This document shows, piece by piece, positions 1 through 11,779 of a DNA stretch of 64,000 bases. A model generated the notes under the pieces. The model did no database searches and had not been told where the DNA came from. It saw only the letters and a list, made by a program, of their open reading frames with translations. The first letter of the stretch is position 1. Every line of letters starts with the position of its first letter. Origin of the DNA: Mobula birostris (taxonomy: Eukaryota); assembly GCF_030028105.1 (NCBI RefSeq), contig NC_092374.1:194179345-194243344 (forward strand), written 5' to 3'. Made by a program: the position numbers and the translations under genes.

Positions 1-2200
1 ACACGCAAGCATTTCCTTCTGCCGTGAGCTATCCCTACAATTGCCAAGGTCCAGGTGAATACTGAAGCAAAGTATTCATTAAGTACCTCCGCTACCTCCT
101 CTGACTCCATGCAGATGTTTCCACTATCGCACCTGACTAGTCCTATTCTCACACAGCTCATCCTCTTGCTCTTCACATACTTGTAGAATCCCTTGTTTTT
201 TTTTAATCTGCTCATCAAGGCCTTCTCATGGCCCCTTCTGGCTCTCTTAAGCTCCTTCCGGGCACCCTTGTAATTTTCTAGAGCTCTAACAGTACCCAGT
301 TTCTCGAACCTTTCATAAGCTTTTCTTTTCTTCTTGACTAGATTTTCTACATCCTTTGCACACTATGGATCTTTTACATTACCATCCTTTCCCTGCCTCC
401 TTGGAACATACTTATGCTGGATACCATGCAAATGTTCCCTGAACATTTGCCACATTTCTGCTGTGCATTTCCCTGAGAAGTCCCACTTAGTGGAGCAATA
501 ATATCAGCACCAGACTCCGGAGCAAAGGTTCCCGAATTCGAATCCAAGTCGGGTTGAGTGTCGAGCTAGCAACTTGGCCTGGTAAAAACAAGAATAACTT
601 GCTACGGAAACACCGTCATGACGGTGCCCCTATAACCCCACCGCCGATTTAAGGGCTATTCTTATTATCTTCTTTCCCTGAGAACATCTGCTCCCAATTT
701 ATGTTCCCAAGTTCCTGTCTAATAGTATCATATTTCCCCCTACCCCAATTAAATGTTTTCCCTAATTGTCTGCTCCTATCCCTCTCCAGGGCTATGGTAA
801 AGGTGATAGAGTTGTGATCACTATCTCCAAAATGCTCTCCCACTGAGAGACCTGACACCTAACCAGGTTCTCTTCCCCATACCAGATCAAGTACAGGCTC
901 TCATCTAGTTGGCTTATCTACATATTGCGTCAGGAAACCCTCCTGAACACACCTAACAAGCTCCACCCCATCTAAACCCCTTGCTCTAAGGAGATGCCAG
1001 TCAATATTAGGAAAGTTAAAATCGACCATCACAACAACCCTATTATTGTTGCACCGTTCCAGAATCTGTCTCCCTATCTGGTCTTCGATGTCTCTGTTAC
1101 TACTGGTGGGGGGGGGGGGGGTCTATAAAAACACACAGTAGAGTTATTGCACCCTTCCTGTTCCTGACTTACACCCACAATAGACAATCCCTCCATGACC
1201 TCCTCCTTTTCTGAAGCCGTTATACTATCTCTGGTTAGAAGTGCCATGCCCCCACATCTTTTGCCTCCTTCCCTGTCCTTTTTGAAACATCTAACCCCTG
1301 GCACAATCAGCAGCCATTCCAGCCCCTGAGACATCCAAGTCTGTGCAATAGCCACAACGTCATAGTTCACGTATTGATCCACGCTCTATGTTCACCCGCC
1401 TTGTTTCTGATACTCCTTTCATTAAAATAGACACATCTCAAACTATATGGCTGAGTGCATCTTTGCTCTATCATCTGCTGATCCTTCCTCACAAACTCCC
1501 TACAAGCTGTCTCTACCTGTGTGCTAACCACCCCATCCTCTGCCTCTTCACTTTGCTTCCAAACCCCCTGTAAATCTAGTTTAAATCCTCCGCAATAGCA
1601 TTAGCAAACCTCCCTCCCAGGATATTGGTTCCCCTCCAGTTCAGGTGCGACCTATCCCACTTGTACAGGTCACCCCTTCCCGAGAAAAGATTCTAATGAT
1701 CCTAGAACTTGAAACCCTGCCCTCTGCACCAAATCCTCAGCCACTCATTCACCTGCACTATCTTCCTGTTCTGACCTTCCCTAGCTCATGGCACTGGGAG
1801 TAATCCGGATATCACCACCTTGGAGGTCCTGCTCTTCAGCCTCCTTCCTAACTCCCTAAACTTACTGCACAGGACCTCAACCCCTCTTCTGCTCCCGGGA
1901 GAGGCAACGCACTATACTGGCGTCTCTTTTGCTGCCGCAGAATCGCCTATCTGTCCCCCTAACTATCAAGTCCCCGATGACTATTGCTCCACGTGACTTC
2001 ACCCTACTCTTCTGAGGCTCAGAGCTGATCACAGTGTCTTGGTCTGGCTGCTGATGCTATGCCCAGATAGGTCATCCCTCTCAGCACAATCCAAAGGGGA
2101 ATACCCGTTTCTGAGAGGAACAGCTACGAGGGGACCCTGCACTGACTTCCTTCTCGCTTAACCTCTCTCTATGTTCACCCGGCTACTCCCTGAATTCTGC
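1..2200 (-). mobile_element. Decayed CR1-type LINE, 5' portion (ORF2 endonuclease/linker plus ORF1 remnants)
   Basis: Minus ORFs 649-858 (GEHFGDSDHNSITF) and 1074-1382 (YDVVAIAQTW...KDREGGKRCGG) match CR1 AP-endonuclease motifs; revcomp of 1-90 gives NEYFASVFT. Broken by stops and frameshifts. Confidence 0.85.
480..672 (+). mobile_element. tRNA-derived SINE with 12-bp TSD, inserted in CR1
   Basis: TSD tttccctgagaa at 468-479 and 673-684; A-box-like TAGTGGAGCAAT and B-box-like GAATTCGAATCC; simple-repeat tail attcttattatcttc. Confidence 0.8.
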
Positions 2201-2629
2201 ATTCCAGGTGTAACCATCTGCTCAAAAGTTGTATCTATCAAATGCTTTGCCTCCTGGATGATCCAGTAGCTATCATTAAAGAGGTAGTGCTGAGCAGACC
2301 TATGGGCCTGAAGATAGATCCTGATGGAATGCATCCCAGCGTACTGAAAGAAATGGCAGAAGTGACAGTAGAGGCTTTTTCCACTTTGGAAGAGAAAGAG
2401 CAGATTATTATTTAAATAGTTAAAAATATGCTGCGTTCTGCTGTGCAGCGGGACTTGTGCATAAATCACAAAAGGTTGGTTTGCAGGTGCAACAGGAATT
2501 AAGGATTATGGGCAAAAGGCAGGTAGGTGGAGATGAGTCCATGGTCAGATCAGCCGTGATCTTTCTGAATGGTGGGGCAGGCGCGACAGGCCCTATCTCC
2601 TGCTCCTATTTCTTATGCTCTAAGTTCAT

Positions 2630-2900
2630 CCAACTCAAGCTCCAGCTCCCTAATACGAGTTTTCATGAGCTGGAGTTGGCTGCGCTTCCCACAGGTGCAG
2701 TCATCAGGGAGACAATCAGGATCTGTGAATTCCCACATCCTACAGGAGGAGCATTCCACTGCCATACCTGCCATTCCGCCTGCACTGCACAATGGGCAAG
2801 CAAGACCAAATCTTCTAACCTGTGCCTTTGGCTTCAGCCTCTTCTCGTCGAAACTTCAATATCCTGTGTTCCAGAGAACAAAGTCCTAACCTGCCTAACC
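2630..2900 (-). mobile_element. CR1 ORF1 N-terminal remnant (Cys-rich knuckle plus leucine zipper)
   Basis: Revcomp translates MAVECSSCRMWEF...CTCGKRSQLQLMKTRIRELELELDEL. Confidence 0.75.
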
Positions 2901-3755
2901 TCTCCCAATAACTCAGGCCCTTGAGCCCTGGCAGCGTATATGTGAATCTAACCAGTGCAGGATTAGTGTAAAATTAACTCAATGTTAGCTTGTATGGGCT
3001 CAGGGGACAAAGGCTTCTATTTCCATGTAGTAACCCTGTACCACTCTGTGATAAGAACGAGGAGATGGGGTCGGCCATCAACCCTGTTACCATTCATCTA
3101 GATCAGGGGTGGCCAACCTTTTACATTCCATGCGTCAATTTCTTCACGCACGAGTTCAGATGCAATTTGTTCATGCATGTATTCTATATTAACATATTTT
3201 TACAAGAATTGAATGGGGGTACAAGAATTGTATGGCGCATCTGAACTCGTGAGTGAGAAAATTGACACATGGAATGTAAAAGGTTGGCCACCCCTGACCT
3301 AGATCATGACTGATCCTCTTCCCCCAGTGCCATTTTCCTGCACTGACCCCCTACCCCACCATTCTTTTCATATCCAGAAATCCAGTCATTCTCTGCCTTG
3401 TATGAAGTCAGTCTGAAGATCCACAGCTCTCCAAGGTAAAGCATTCCAAAGGTTCGCCACCCCCGTCTGAAGGTGTCTCTACTTATTTCGGTACTAAACA
3501 ATATGTAATTGTTCGAGATTCCTCAGACAGAGGAAACTTCCTCCGTGCATCTGGTCTGTCCAGCCACAGTTATGAACGGTGTAAGTGTTCGGAAAATCTC
3601 TCCTTAGCCTTATAAATCCGGGAGAATGTCTGCGCGTGTATCTTGGTTGTGTCGTGTATGTGTGTCGGGAGGGCACTGGCACTGCGTGAGTATGTGTGGA
3701 TATTTTGTATCTATATGCACATGTCTCTATGTGTTCGTGTGCAGGAGCGCGGGAA

Positions 3756-3993
3756 NNNNNNNNNNNNNNNNNNNNNNNNNNNNNNNNNNNNNNNNNNNNN
3801 NNNNNNNNNNNNNNNNNNNNNNNNNNNNNNNNNNNNNNNNNNNNNNNNNNNNNNNNNNNNNNNNNNNNNNNNNNNNNNNNNNNNNNNNNNNNNNNNNNNN
3901 NNNNNNNNNNNNNNNNNNNNNNNNNNNNNNNNNNNNNNNNNNNNNNNNNNNNNNNNNNNNNNNNNNNNNNNNNNNNNNNNNNNNNNNNNNNNN
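3756..3993. other. Assembly gap (N run)
   Basis: 238 N. Confidence 1.
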
Positions 3994-4299
3994 ACTATCT
4001 CGGTTCTATGTGGCTCCACCTGCAAGGCCTTATGTGATGCGAATGGCTTAACAGACACTTTAACAAAGCGGCAGCTATTTTTGGCAGCGTGAACGTATCT
4101 ATATTAATAGCAATACGTATCACACGTGCGAGGCCTGTCTGTGAACAAACTGCAATATTTATGTAATTATCCTGGGGGAGGGGAGAGGGAGGACCATGTG
4201 CCTGTCTGTCAATGCCCCGTCCACAAACACTAAATTACTCACATCAAGCTAATCCTGTACCATCTATGAAAGAGTGAGCTGTTCGCATTTTCGACTCAC

Positions 4300-4309
4300 C
4301 GTCCACCAT
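4300..4309 (-). CDS. Candidate first coding micro-exon (ATG GTG GAC G|gtgagt) of an unidentified gene running off the left edge
   Basis: ATG followed by a consensus donor GTGAGT in a CpG-containing non-repeat stretch; no further exons located. Confidence 0.25.
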
Positions 4310-4447
4310 AGAATGAGTTTGAAGCAAGTTACCCGCGCTGTGAGAGGGTGTGGTGAGGGACGGGAAGACACTCAGCGGTTCCAATTTTTGGGCTTATTGC
4401 CCATCACAGAACCCGACAACCTGAAGTGGAAGCAAATCATCCTTGGA

Positions 4448-4795
4448 NNNNNNNNNNNNNNNNNNNNNNNNNNNNNNNNNNNNNNNNNNNNNNNNNNNNN
4501 NNNNNNNNNNNNNNNNNNNNNNNNNNNNNNNNNNNNNNNNNNNNNNNNNNNNNNNNNNNNNNNNNNNNNNNNNNNNNNNNNNNNNNNNNNNNNNNNNNNN
4601 NNNNNNNNNNNNNNNNNNNNNNNNNNNNNNNNNNNNNNNNNNNNNNNNNNNNNNNNNNNNNNNNNNNNNNNNNNNNNNNNNNNNNNNNNNNNNNNNNNNN
4701 NNNNNNNNNNNNNNNNNNNNNNNNNNNNNNNNNNNNNNNNNNNNNNNNNNNNNNNNNNNNNNNNNNNNNNNNNNNNNNNNNNNNNNNNNNNNNNN
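4448..4795. other. Assembly gap (N run)
   Basis: 348 N. Confidence 1.
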
Positions 4796-5013
4796 AGGTG
4801 GGGGGGAGAGAGGTGGGGAGAGAGAGGGGGGGGGAGAGAGAGGGGGGGGGAGAGAGAGGGGGGGGAGAGAGAGGGGGGGAGAGAGAGGGGGGGGAGAGGA
4901 GGAGAGAGGAAGAGGGGAGGGGAGAGCAGAGGGGAGGGGGAGGGGGATGGAGGGAGGAGAGGGGGAGAAGAGGGGAGGCAGAGGGAGGGGAGGGGGAGGA
5001 GTGGAGAGGGAGA
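4796..5013. repeat. G/A-rich low-complexity repeat (GGGGGGAGAGAGA-like units) abutting the gap
   Basis: Direct reading. Confidence 0.9.
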
Positions 5014-5824
5014 TGGAGAAACTGTACATCTTTGGCTTGTCTAGTCTGTCATAATAGAACATAGAAGAGTATAGCTAAGGATCAGGCCCTTTAGCCCATC
5101 ATGTTGCACTGAAATATATAAGCTAACGACGCCCACTCTCTCCACCTGCACATGGTACGTATCCCTCTGTTCTCTACAAATACACGTGGTTCTTAAGAGC
5201 CTTGGAAGTGCCCCCATCAGAGGCACTGGCAGTGCATTCCAGCCACCCACCACTCTGTAAAAAACTTTGCCCTGTTCATCTCAACTGCACTTACCCCTCT
5301 CCCTCACATTCAAGTGCATGCCCTCTAGTATTAGATATTTCTATGACTTGAAAAATACCTACCGTCTACACTATCTACTCTGTTTCTCATAATTTTATAA
5401 ACTTCTCATAGTCTCCCCGAATGTTAGAATTATAGAATTAGCAAAGTACAGCACAGAAACAGGCCCTTCGCCCTATCTAGTCCTGGCCAAAACATTTAAG
5501 CTGCCTGCTTGCACTCACTTGCACCAGGACCATAGCCCTCCATACCTCTACCATCCATGTACCTATCCAAACTTCTTTTAAACATTGAAATCAAGCTCGT
5601 ATGGACCACTTGTGCTGACAGCTCATTCCACGTTTTCGTGACGCTCTGAGGGGAAACTTCTTCACTCATGTTCCCGTAAATTTTTCACAATTCATCCTCA
5701 ATCTGTGACCTGTATTTGTAGTTCCACCCAACCTCAGTGGGGAAACCCTGCTTCCGTTTACCCTATCTATACCCCTTAAATTGTTGTCTACCTTTATCAA
5801 ATCTTTTAAATTCCAAGGACTAAC

Positions 5825-6224
5825 TGTTGCAAGGGGCGACTGAGGAGAACCCAAGTGCAGGACACTGGCACATCGACTGAATTGGGGATGTTAGCATAGA
5901 CATGAATGTAGAACAGCAAACCGGGGGGATCTTGACAAGGAAACGGGATCTACAGGGACTATCTGGAAACTAGAGCAGAACTTGGAACTAAACTTAGAAC
6001 TAACGGTTCTAAGCAGACGAGAGAACAAAGTATCACACAAGAATAGACCAATAAACTGGCAACCTGTCTTGTGACACCATCGTACTTATTTCACAGTTTT
6101 TGATGCAAACCAGGTGTACCATAATTAAGTAAACTAGCAGCAATTGGAAATCTAATGGCTGTAATTAGGGCATAATCAGGGAGAAAGGAGCATTAAAAGG
6201 GAACAACCAAATGGAACGATGACA
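5825..6224. mobile_element. Solo LTR, 400 bp, TG...CA, 5-bp TSD
   Basis: TGTTG at 5825, TGACA ending at 6224, TSD ctaac at 5820-5824 and 6225-6229. Superfamily not determinable. Confidence 0.75.
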
Positions 6225-6443
6225 CTAACTTATTTAATAGTTCCTTATAACTCCTTGTAATTTTTCTCTGTACTCCTCCAACTTTATTTACATCTTTCCC
6301 ATAGGTAGGTGACCAAACCTATACAGAATACTCCAAATTAGGCCTTTATAATGTCAACGTAACATCCCACCTCCTGTACTCAATATGTTGATTTATGAAG
6401 GCCAATGAGCAAAAAGCTTTCTTTACAACCCTGTCTACCTGTG

Positions 6444-7011
6444 GTCGTTCATCCATCGTTGAAGTCGAGGAGGACCTCGACACCATTATGATGGTGTCGA
6501 GACTAGCGCGTGATTTGGATTTAAGTGAGGGAGAGTTGCACAGCGTCAGCCTCAATCTCTCTTCCCAATTCCCATCTGGATCCAGTGGCAAGACAGAGTC
6601 TAGATGGCTGGAGATGGGACTAGGCGCAGTGGATGACCAGGACGTCTTCTGTGTCTTGTCCTGCTCTACACGTTCCACGACGCTTGCAGAGACCGCCTTC
6701 TTGACCATTGGACCTTCCATAGGTCTCGTCCGCTCAATCCGCCGGAGTCTGTCTTCACATGCTGGGATAGACAACTCCCTATCACACCGAGGGTTTGAGA
6801 CCCGTCGGCTACCCTCACCTGGTTTAGCCGGCTTGTCGAAGCCATTGCCCGAGGTGTGGCCGCTGTCGCATGCAAACAGCTACGGGGAGCCACAGGTGAG
6901 AGCTGAGTGCCAGGTGGGGACCAAAGGTGGACTAACCTCCCTGAAAAGGACGCGACATGTTCCCCCACCAGAGGTGCTACCCCTCCCTGACACCCCATAT
7001 ACCCCAAATTA
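6444..7011 (-). mobile_element. 568-bp CpG-rich non-autonomous retroposon (RTE-like by inference), 7-bp TSD
   Basis: TSD acctgtg at 6437-6443 and 7012-7018; 3' hairpin ctcgacaccat-tatg-atggtgtcgag (6476-6501); short-repeat tail gatggatgaacgac on minus. Confidence 0.65.
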
Positions 7012-7514
7012 ACCTGTGACATGATTTTCAATGAATGATGAATCTGCATTCCAGATCCCGTTGTGCTACCACACGACTCAGTGTCCTACTGCTCAATGAG
7101 TAAGACTTGCCCTGGCTGGTCCTACCAAAGTGCAACTCCTTGCACTTGTCTGCATTCAATTCCTTCTGCCATTTTCAGCCCATTTTTCCAGCTTGTCCAG
7201 GTCCCACTGGACCATGATAGCTTTCCTCCTTGTCCACTAAACCTCCAATCTTGGTGTATTCAGCAAATTTACAGATCCAGTTAACTGTATTATCATCTAA
7301 ATCATTGATATAAATAACAGACAGCAATGGGCCCATCACCATTCCCTGTGGCATTCCAGTAGTCCCAGAGTGGGGAGATCCAGCCTTAAATAACTTAAGA
7401 CGTAAAAGAAGGCATCAAGCTAAAAGCTCGTACATACAAAGTAGTGGGAAACTGGAAGATTGGGAAAAGTTTAAAAAGCACAAAGAACATCTAAGTGAGA
7501 AATAAAGAAAGGGA

Positions 7515-7612
7515 AGCAACACACATCAAAGTTGCTGGTGAACGCAGCAGGCCAGGCAGCATCTCTAGGAAGAGGTACAGTCGATGTTTCAGGCCGAGAC
7601 CCTTTATCAGGA
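7515..7612 (-). mobile_element. Penelope-like pseudo-LTR fragment with degenerate hammerhead ribozyme
   Basis: Minus 7612-7578 reads UC CUGAUAA AGGGUCUCGGCCU GAAAC AUC GACUG; the same repeat recurs about a dozen times in the window. Confidence 0.65.
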
Positions 7613-7690
7613 TAAAGAAAGGGAAGCTAGATTATGAAAATAAACTTCCACAAAACATAAAAATGGATAGTAAAAGTTTTTATAATTATA

Positions 7691-8304
7691 TGAGGGGTGA
7701 TTGACAAGTTCGTGGCCTAAGATAGACGGAGTCAATGTTAGAAAACCTAGCACATTTATTTTTCAACATAGTCCCCTCCTACATTTACACACTTAGTCCA
7801 GCGATTGTGGAGCACACGGATCTTGGACCTCCAGAAGGTGTCCACGGCAGGGGTGAATGATAAGTTTGTGGCCTGTGGTAGAAGGAGATGAGTTATACAG
7901 CTCTCGTTACATGCACATGCAGTTCAACTCTTCGAGTGATTATGCAGAAAGTTTGAAGTTAATAACTCATCTCCTTCTACATTAGGCCACAAACCTATCA
8001 ATCACCCCTGATGAGTTATTAACTGATGAGTTATTAACTTCAAACTTTCTGCATAATCACTCAAAGAGTTGAACTGCACGTGCATGTAATGAGAGCTGTA
8101 TAACTCATCTCCTTCCACCTTAGTCCACAAACTTATCAATCACCCCTGCTGTGGACACTTTCTGGAAGTCCAAAATCGTATGCTCCACAACCGCTAGACT
8201 AATTGTGTAAATGTAGGAGGGGACTATGTTGAAAAATAAATGTGCTAGGTTTTCTAAAATTGACTCCTTCTACATTAGACCATGAACTTATCAATCACCC
8301 CTCA
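7691..8304. mobile_element. Mariner-derived fold-back MITE, TA TSD
   Basis: TA|tgaggggtgattgacaagttcgtggcc ... catgaacttatcaatcacccctca|TA; left and right arms (~270 bp each) are reverse complements. Confidence 0.85.
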
Positions 8305-11300
8305 TATAAAGTGGCAAAAGGTAGGTAAAATGAACATTTGCCCCTTGGAGGACAAATTGGTGTTTGGTAATGAGGAAATGGCAGAAGCTTTGAATGACTA
8401 TTTTGTGTCAGTCTTCACAATGGAGGACATGTCTAACATGTCAAAGAGAGATGTTATCGATGTGATGGGAGATGAGGACCACAGTACAATCGCCATCACT
8501 AAAGAGGTAGTGCTGAGCAAACTTGTGGCCCTGAAGATAGACAAGTCCCCTGGTCCTGATGGAATGCATCTCAGGGTACTGAAAGAAATGGCAGAGGTTA
8601 TAGTAGAGGCTTTGGCGATAATTTACCAAAATTCTCTGGACTCTAGGCAGGTCCCTGCAGATTGGAAGATGGCTAATATCACACCACAGTTCAAAAAAGG
8701 GTGGGGGCAAAAGGCAGGTAACTATAGGCCAATTAGTTTAACATCCGTAATTGGGAAAATGCTTGAAGCTATCATTAAAGAAGAAATAGCGAAGCTTCTG
8801 GAAATAAATAGATCCATCAGGGAGGCACAGCGTGGATTCAATAAAGGCAGGTCCTGTTTGACAGACTTACTGGAGTTATTTTAGGATGTAACAAGCACAG
8901 TGGATAGAGGGGACAGATGAACGTTATTTACTTGGATTCCCAGAAGGCATTCGATAAGATGCCATATAAAATACTTATCCATAAAATAAGGATGTATAGA
9001 GTTGGGTGTGATAACTTAGCATGGATAGATGATTGGTTAACTAATAGAAAGCTGAGAGTTCGGATAAACGGGTGTTACTCCGGTTGGCAATCAGTGGTGA
9101 GCGGTGCGCAGCAGGGGCCAGTGCACGGCCCACAATTGTTCATGATATACATTAATGATCTGGAAGATGGGACCGAGTGTAGTGTATCTAAGTTTGCTGA
9201 TGACACTAAATTGAGTGGAAAAGCAAATTGTGCAGAAGATATGGAAAATCTGCAGAGAGATATAGATAGGTTAACTGAGTGGGCAAGGCTCTGGCAGATG
9301 GAGTACATGTTCGTAGTTGCGTGGTCATCCACATTGGAAGGAAAAATGAGAGAGCAGATTATTATTTAAATGGTAAAAAATTGCAGCGTGCTGCTGTGCA
9401 GAGAGACTTGGGAGTGCTTGTGTATGAATCATGAAAAGCTGGTTTGCAGGTACAGAGGGCTATCAAGAAGGCAAATGGAATGTTAGCTTTCATTGCCAGA
9501 GGGATAACACTTAAGAGCAGGGAGGTTATGCTGCAACTATACAGGGTACTGGTGAGGCCGCATCTGGATTACTGTGAGCTGTTCTGGTCTCCTTACTCGA
9601 GTAAGGATATACAGGTTTTGGAGATGGTGCAAAGGAAGTTCACCAGGTAGATTTCAGAGATGAGAGAATTAGACTATGAGGAGAGATTGAGTCGCCTGGG
9701 ATTCAGTAGAATGAGAGGAGATCTTATAGAAACATAAAACTATGAAAGGGATAGATAAAACAGAGGCAGGAAAGTTGTTTCCACTGTTAGGTGAAACTAG
9801 AACTAGGGGGACATAGCCTCAATATTCAAGGGAGTAGATTTAGGATGGAGATGAGGAGGAACTGTTTTTCCCAGGGAGTGGTGAATCTGTGGAATTTTCT
9901 GCCCGATGAACCACTGGAGGCTACCTCAGTAAATATATTTAAGATAAGGTTGGATAGTTGTTTGCATAGTAGGGGAATTAATGGTTATGGGGAAAAGGCA
10001 GGTATGTGGAGAGGAGTCCATGGCCACATCAGCCATGATCTTATTGAATCTTAACCAATTTCCCCCGGGATCAATAAAGTATGATTATGACTATGACTAT
10101 GAATGGTGGAGTGGGCCCAGTGGGCCAGATGGCCTACTCCTGCTCCTATTTCTTATGTTCTTATGTCTTGTTGAAGTCCATATAGACAACATCTACTGCC
10201 TTGCCTTCATCAACTCTCCTTGTAATTTCCTCAAAAACTATATAAGATTTGTTTGACATCACTTACCACACATGAAGCCATACTGACTATCAAATCAGTC
10301 CATGTCTATTCAAATACTCATATAATTCCCTTAAATTCCTTTCCAATAAATTTTCCAATACTGATGTCAGGGTACCTGTGCTGTAATTTCCTAGTTTATT
10401 TTTAGAGCCTTTCTAGAGTAACAGAACAACACTGTCCTCTAGTAACTCACCTGTTGATAAGGATGACTTAAGTATCTCTGCTAGGGCCCCGGCAATTTCT
10501 ACAGTTGTTCCCAGAGGATCTGGGGAACACCTTGTCAGGTCCTGGGTATTTATCCACCCTGATTTAAAAGGTTTCAAAGGTACATTTAATGTCAGAGAAA
10601 TGTATACAATATATATCCTGAAATACTTTTTCTTCGCAACCATCCACGAAAGCAGAGGAGTGCCCCCAAAGAATGAATGACAGTTAAATGTTAGAACCCC
10701 AAAGTCCTCTCAGCTCCCCCGTCCCACGTGCAAGCAGCAGCAAAGCAACAATCCCCACCCCCCCACAAGCAAAACAGCATCGCCACCCACCTCGGAGCAG
10801 TCAAGTGTGCAGCAACGCATCAGCAAGGACACAGGCATGCAGTACCCCAAAGACTACACATTCACCCAGTATTCGACATACCACAAACTCTCTCTATCTC
10901 CCTAATAAGGGAGAAAGGGGTATCTCCGTTTCACAGCGAGAGGGGAGACGTAACAGACAACTTGCTGATTTACGATGTTAAAAGTCCATTGCATCGCTTT
11001 TTCCAAGCTCAGTGCCCAAAGAACTCAGGTCTCTGGGGCACACAGCCAGCAGCCAGCTCACTGCTTTTGATTTTCCATCTCCCAAGACACACCAGATTCC
11101 TGCAGAGACACTGACCTTAACGTATCAGTAAAATCCCTGAGGATTCTCTTTCACTTTGCCTGCTTGGGCAACTTCATTTCTTCTTTTATCCCTCCTGATT
11201 TCATCCTTAAGTATACTCTTGCATTTTGTATACTCCATAAACACCTCATTTCTTCCTAACTGTCTATATCTGCTTTGCACCTTCCTTTTCTCTTAATGAG

Positions 11301-11779
11301 GGACTCTAAATCTCTTGAAAACCAAGGTTCCCTAAATTTGTTTTCTTTACCATTTATCTTGACAGGTACATACAAGCTTTGTACTCCCAAAATTTCACTT
11401 TTGAAGGACTTTCATTTACCAAGTTCACTTTTGCCAGAGAACAACCTGTCCCCATCCACATTTGCCATATTGTTTCTGATACCATCAAAATTGGACTTTC
11501 TCCAATTTAGAAATCTCAACCTGTGAACCAGACCTATCTTTTTGCACATTTCCTTTGAAATTTGTAGCATTGTGATCGGTAGGTGCAAAGTGTTCCCCTA
11601 CACAAATATATCACACACTCTCTCATTGGGACTTCTACATACTCATTAAGAGAACTATCCTGAATACATTGAATTCTATTCAATCTGGTCCTTTTTACAG
11701 TATAGGATTCCCAGTCAATATGTGGAAAGTTAAAGTCACCTCCTACAACAACAGTTTGACAGCGCCTTTACTTCCTGAC

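Larger units (their letters stand above)
5430..7340 (-). mobile_element. CR1 3' fragment hosting a solo LTR and an RTE-like insertion
   Basis: CR1 RT/3' motifs on minus (DRPQVDRVVKKAFCSLAFINQHIEYR); CR1 sequence resumes across both insertions. Confidence 0.75.
7390..10160 (+). mobile_element. CR1 ORF2 (RT) pseudogene with 3' UTR and tail, carrying nested insertions
   Basis: ORFs 8282-8884, 8917-9369 (KFADDTKL), 9444-9650 and 9791-10054; tail ttcttatgttcttatg. Confidence 0.9.

Noticed and set aside
488-550. tRNA gene
   Set aside because: A/B-box-like motifs only; the TSD and tail show it is a SINE head.
3626-3685. Possible NCR3 leader exon (..CACILVVSCMCVGRALAL C|gtgagt, phase 1)
   Set aside because: Needs a 1-nt frameshift to use ATG 3626, lies in GT-rich simple sequence that mimics hydrophobic peptides, and is 17.6 kb upstream; unsupported.
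3626-5064. ORFs containing X runs and Gly/Glu/Arg- or Pro/Leu-rich ends
   Set aside because: Artefacts of N gaps and GA low-complexity sequence.
6395-7012. 205-aa plus-strand ORF and overlapping minus ORFs
   Set aside because: Lie within a TSD-bounded GC-rich insertion; no recognisable domain.
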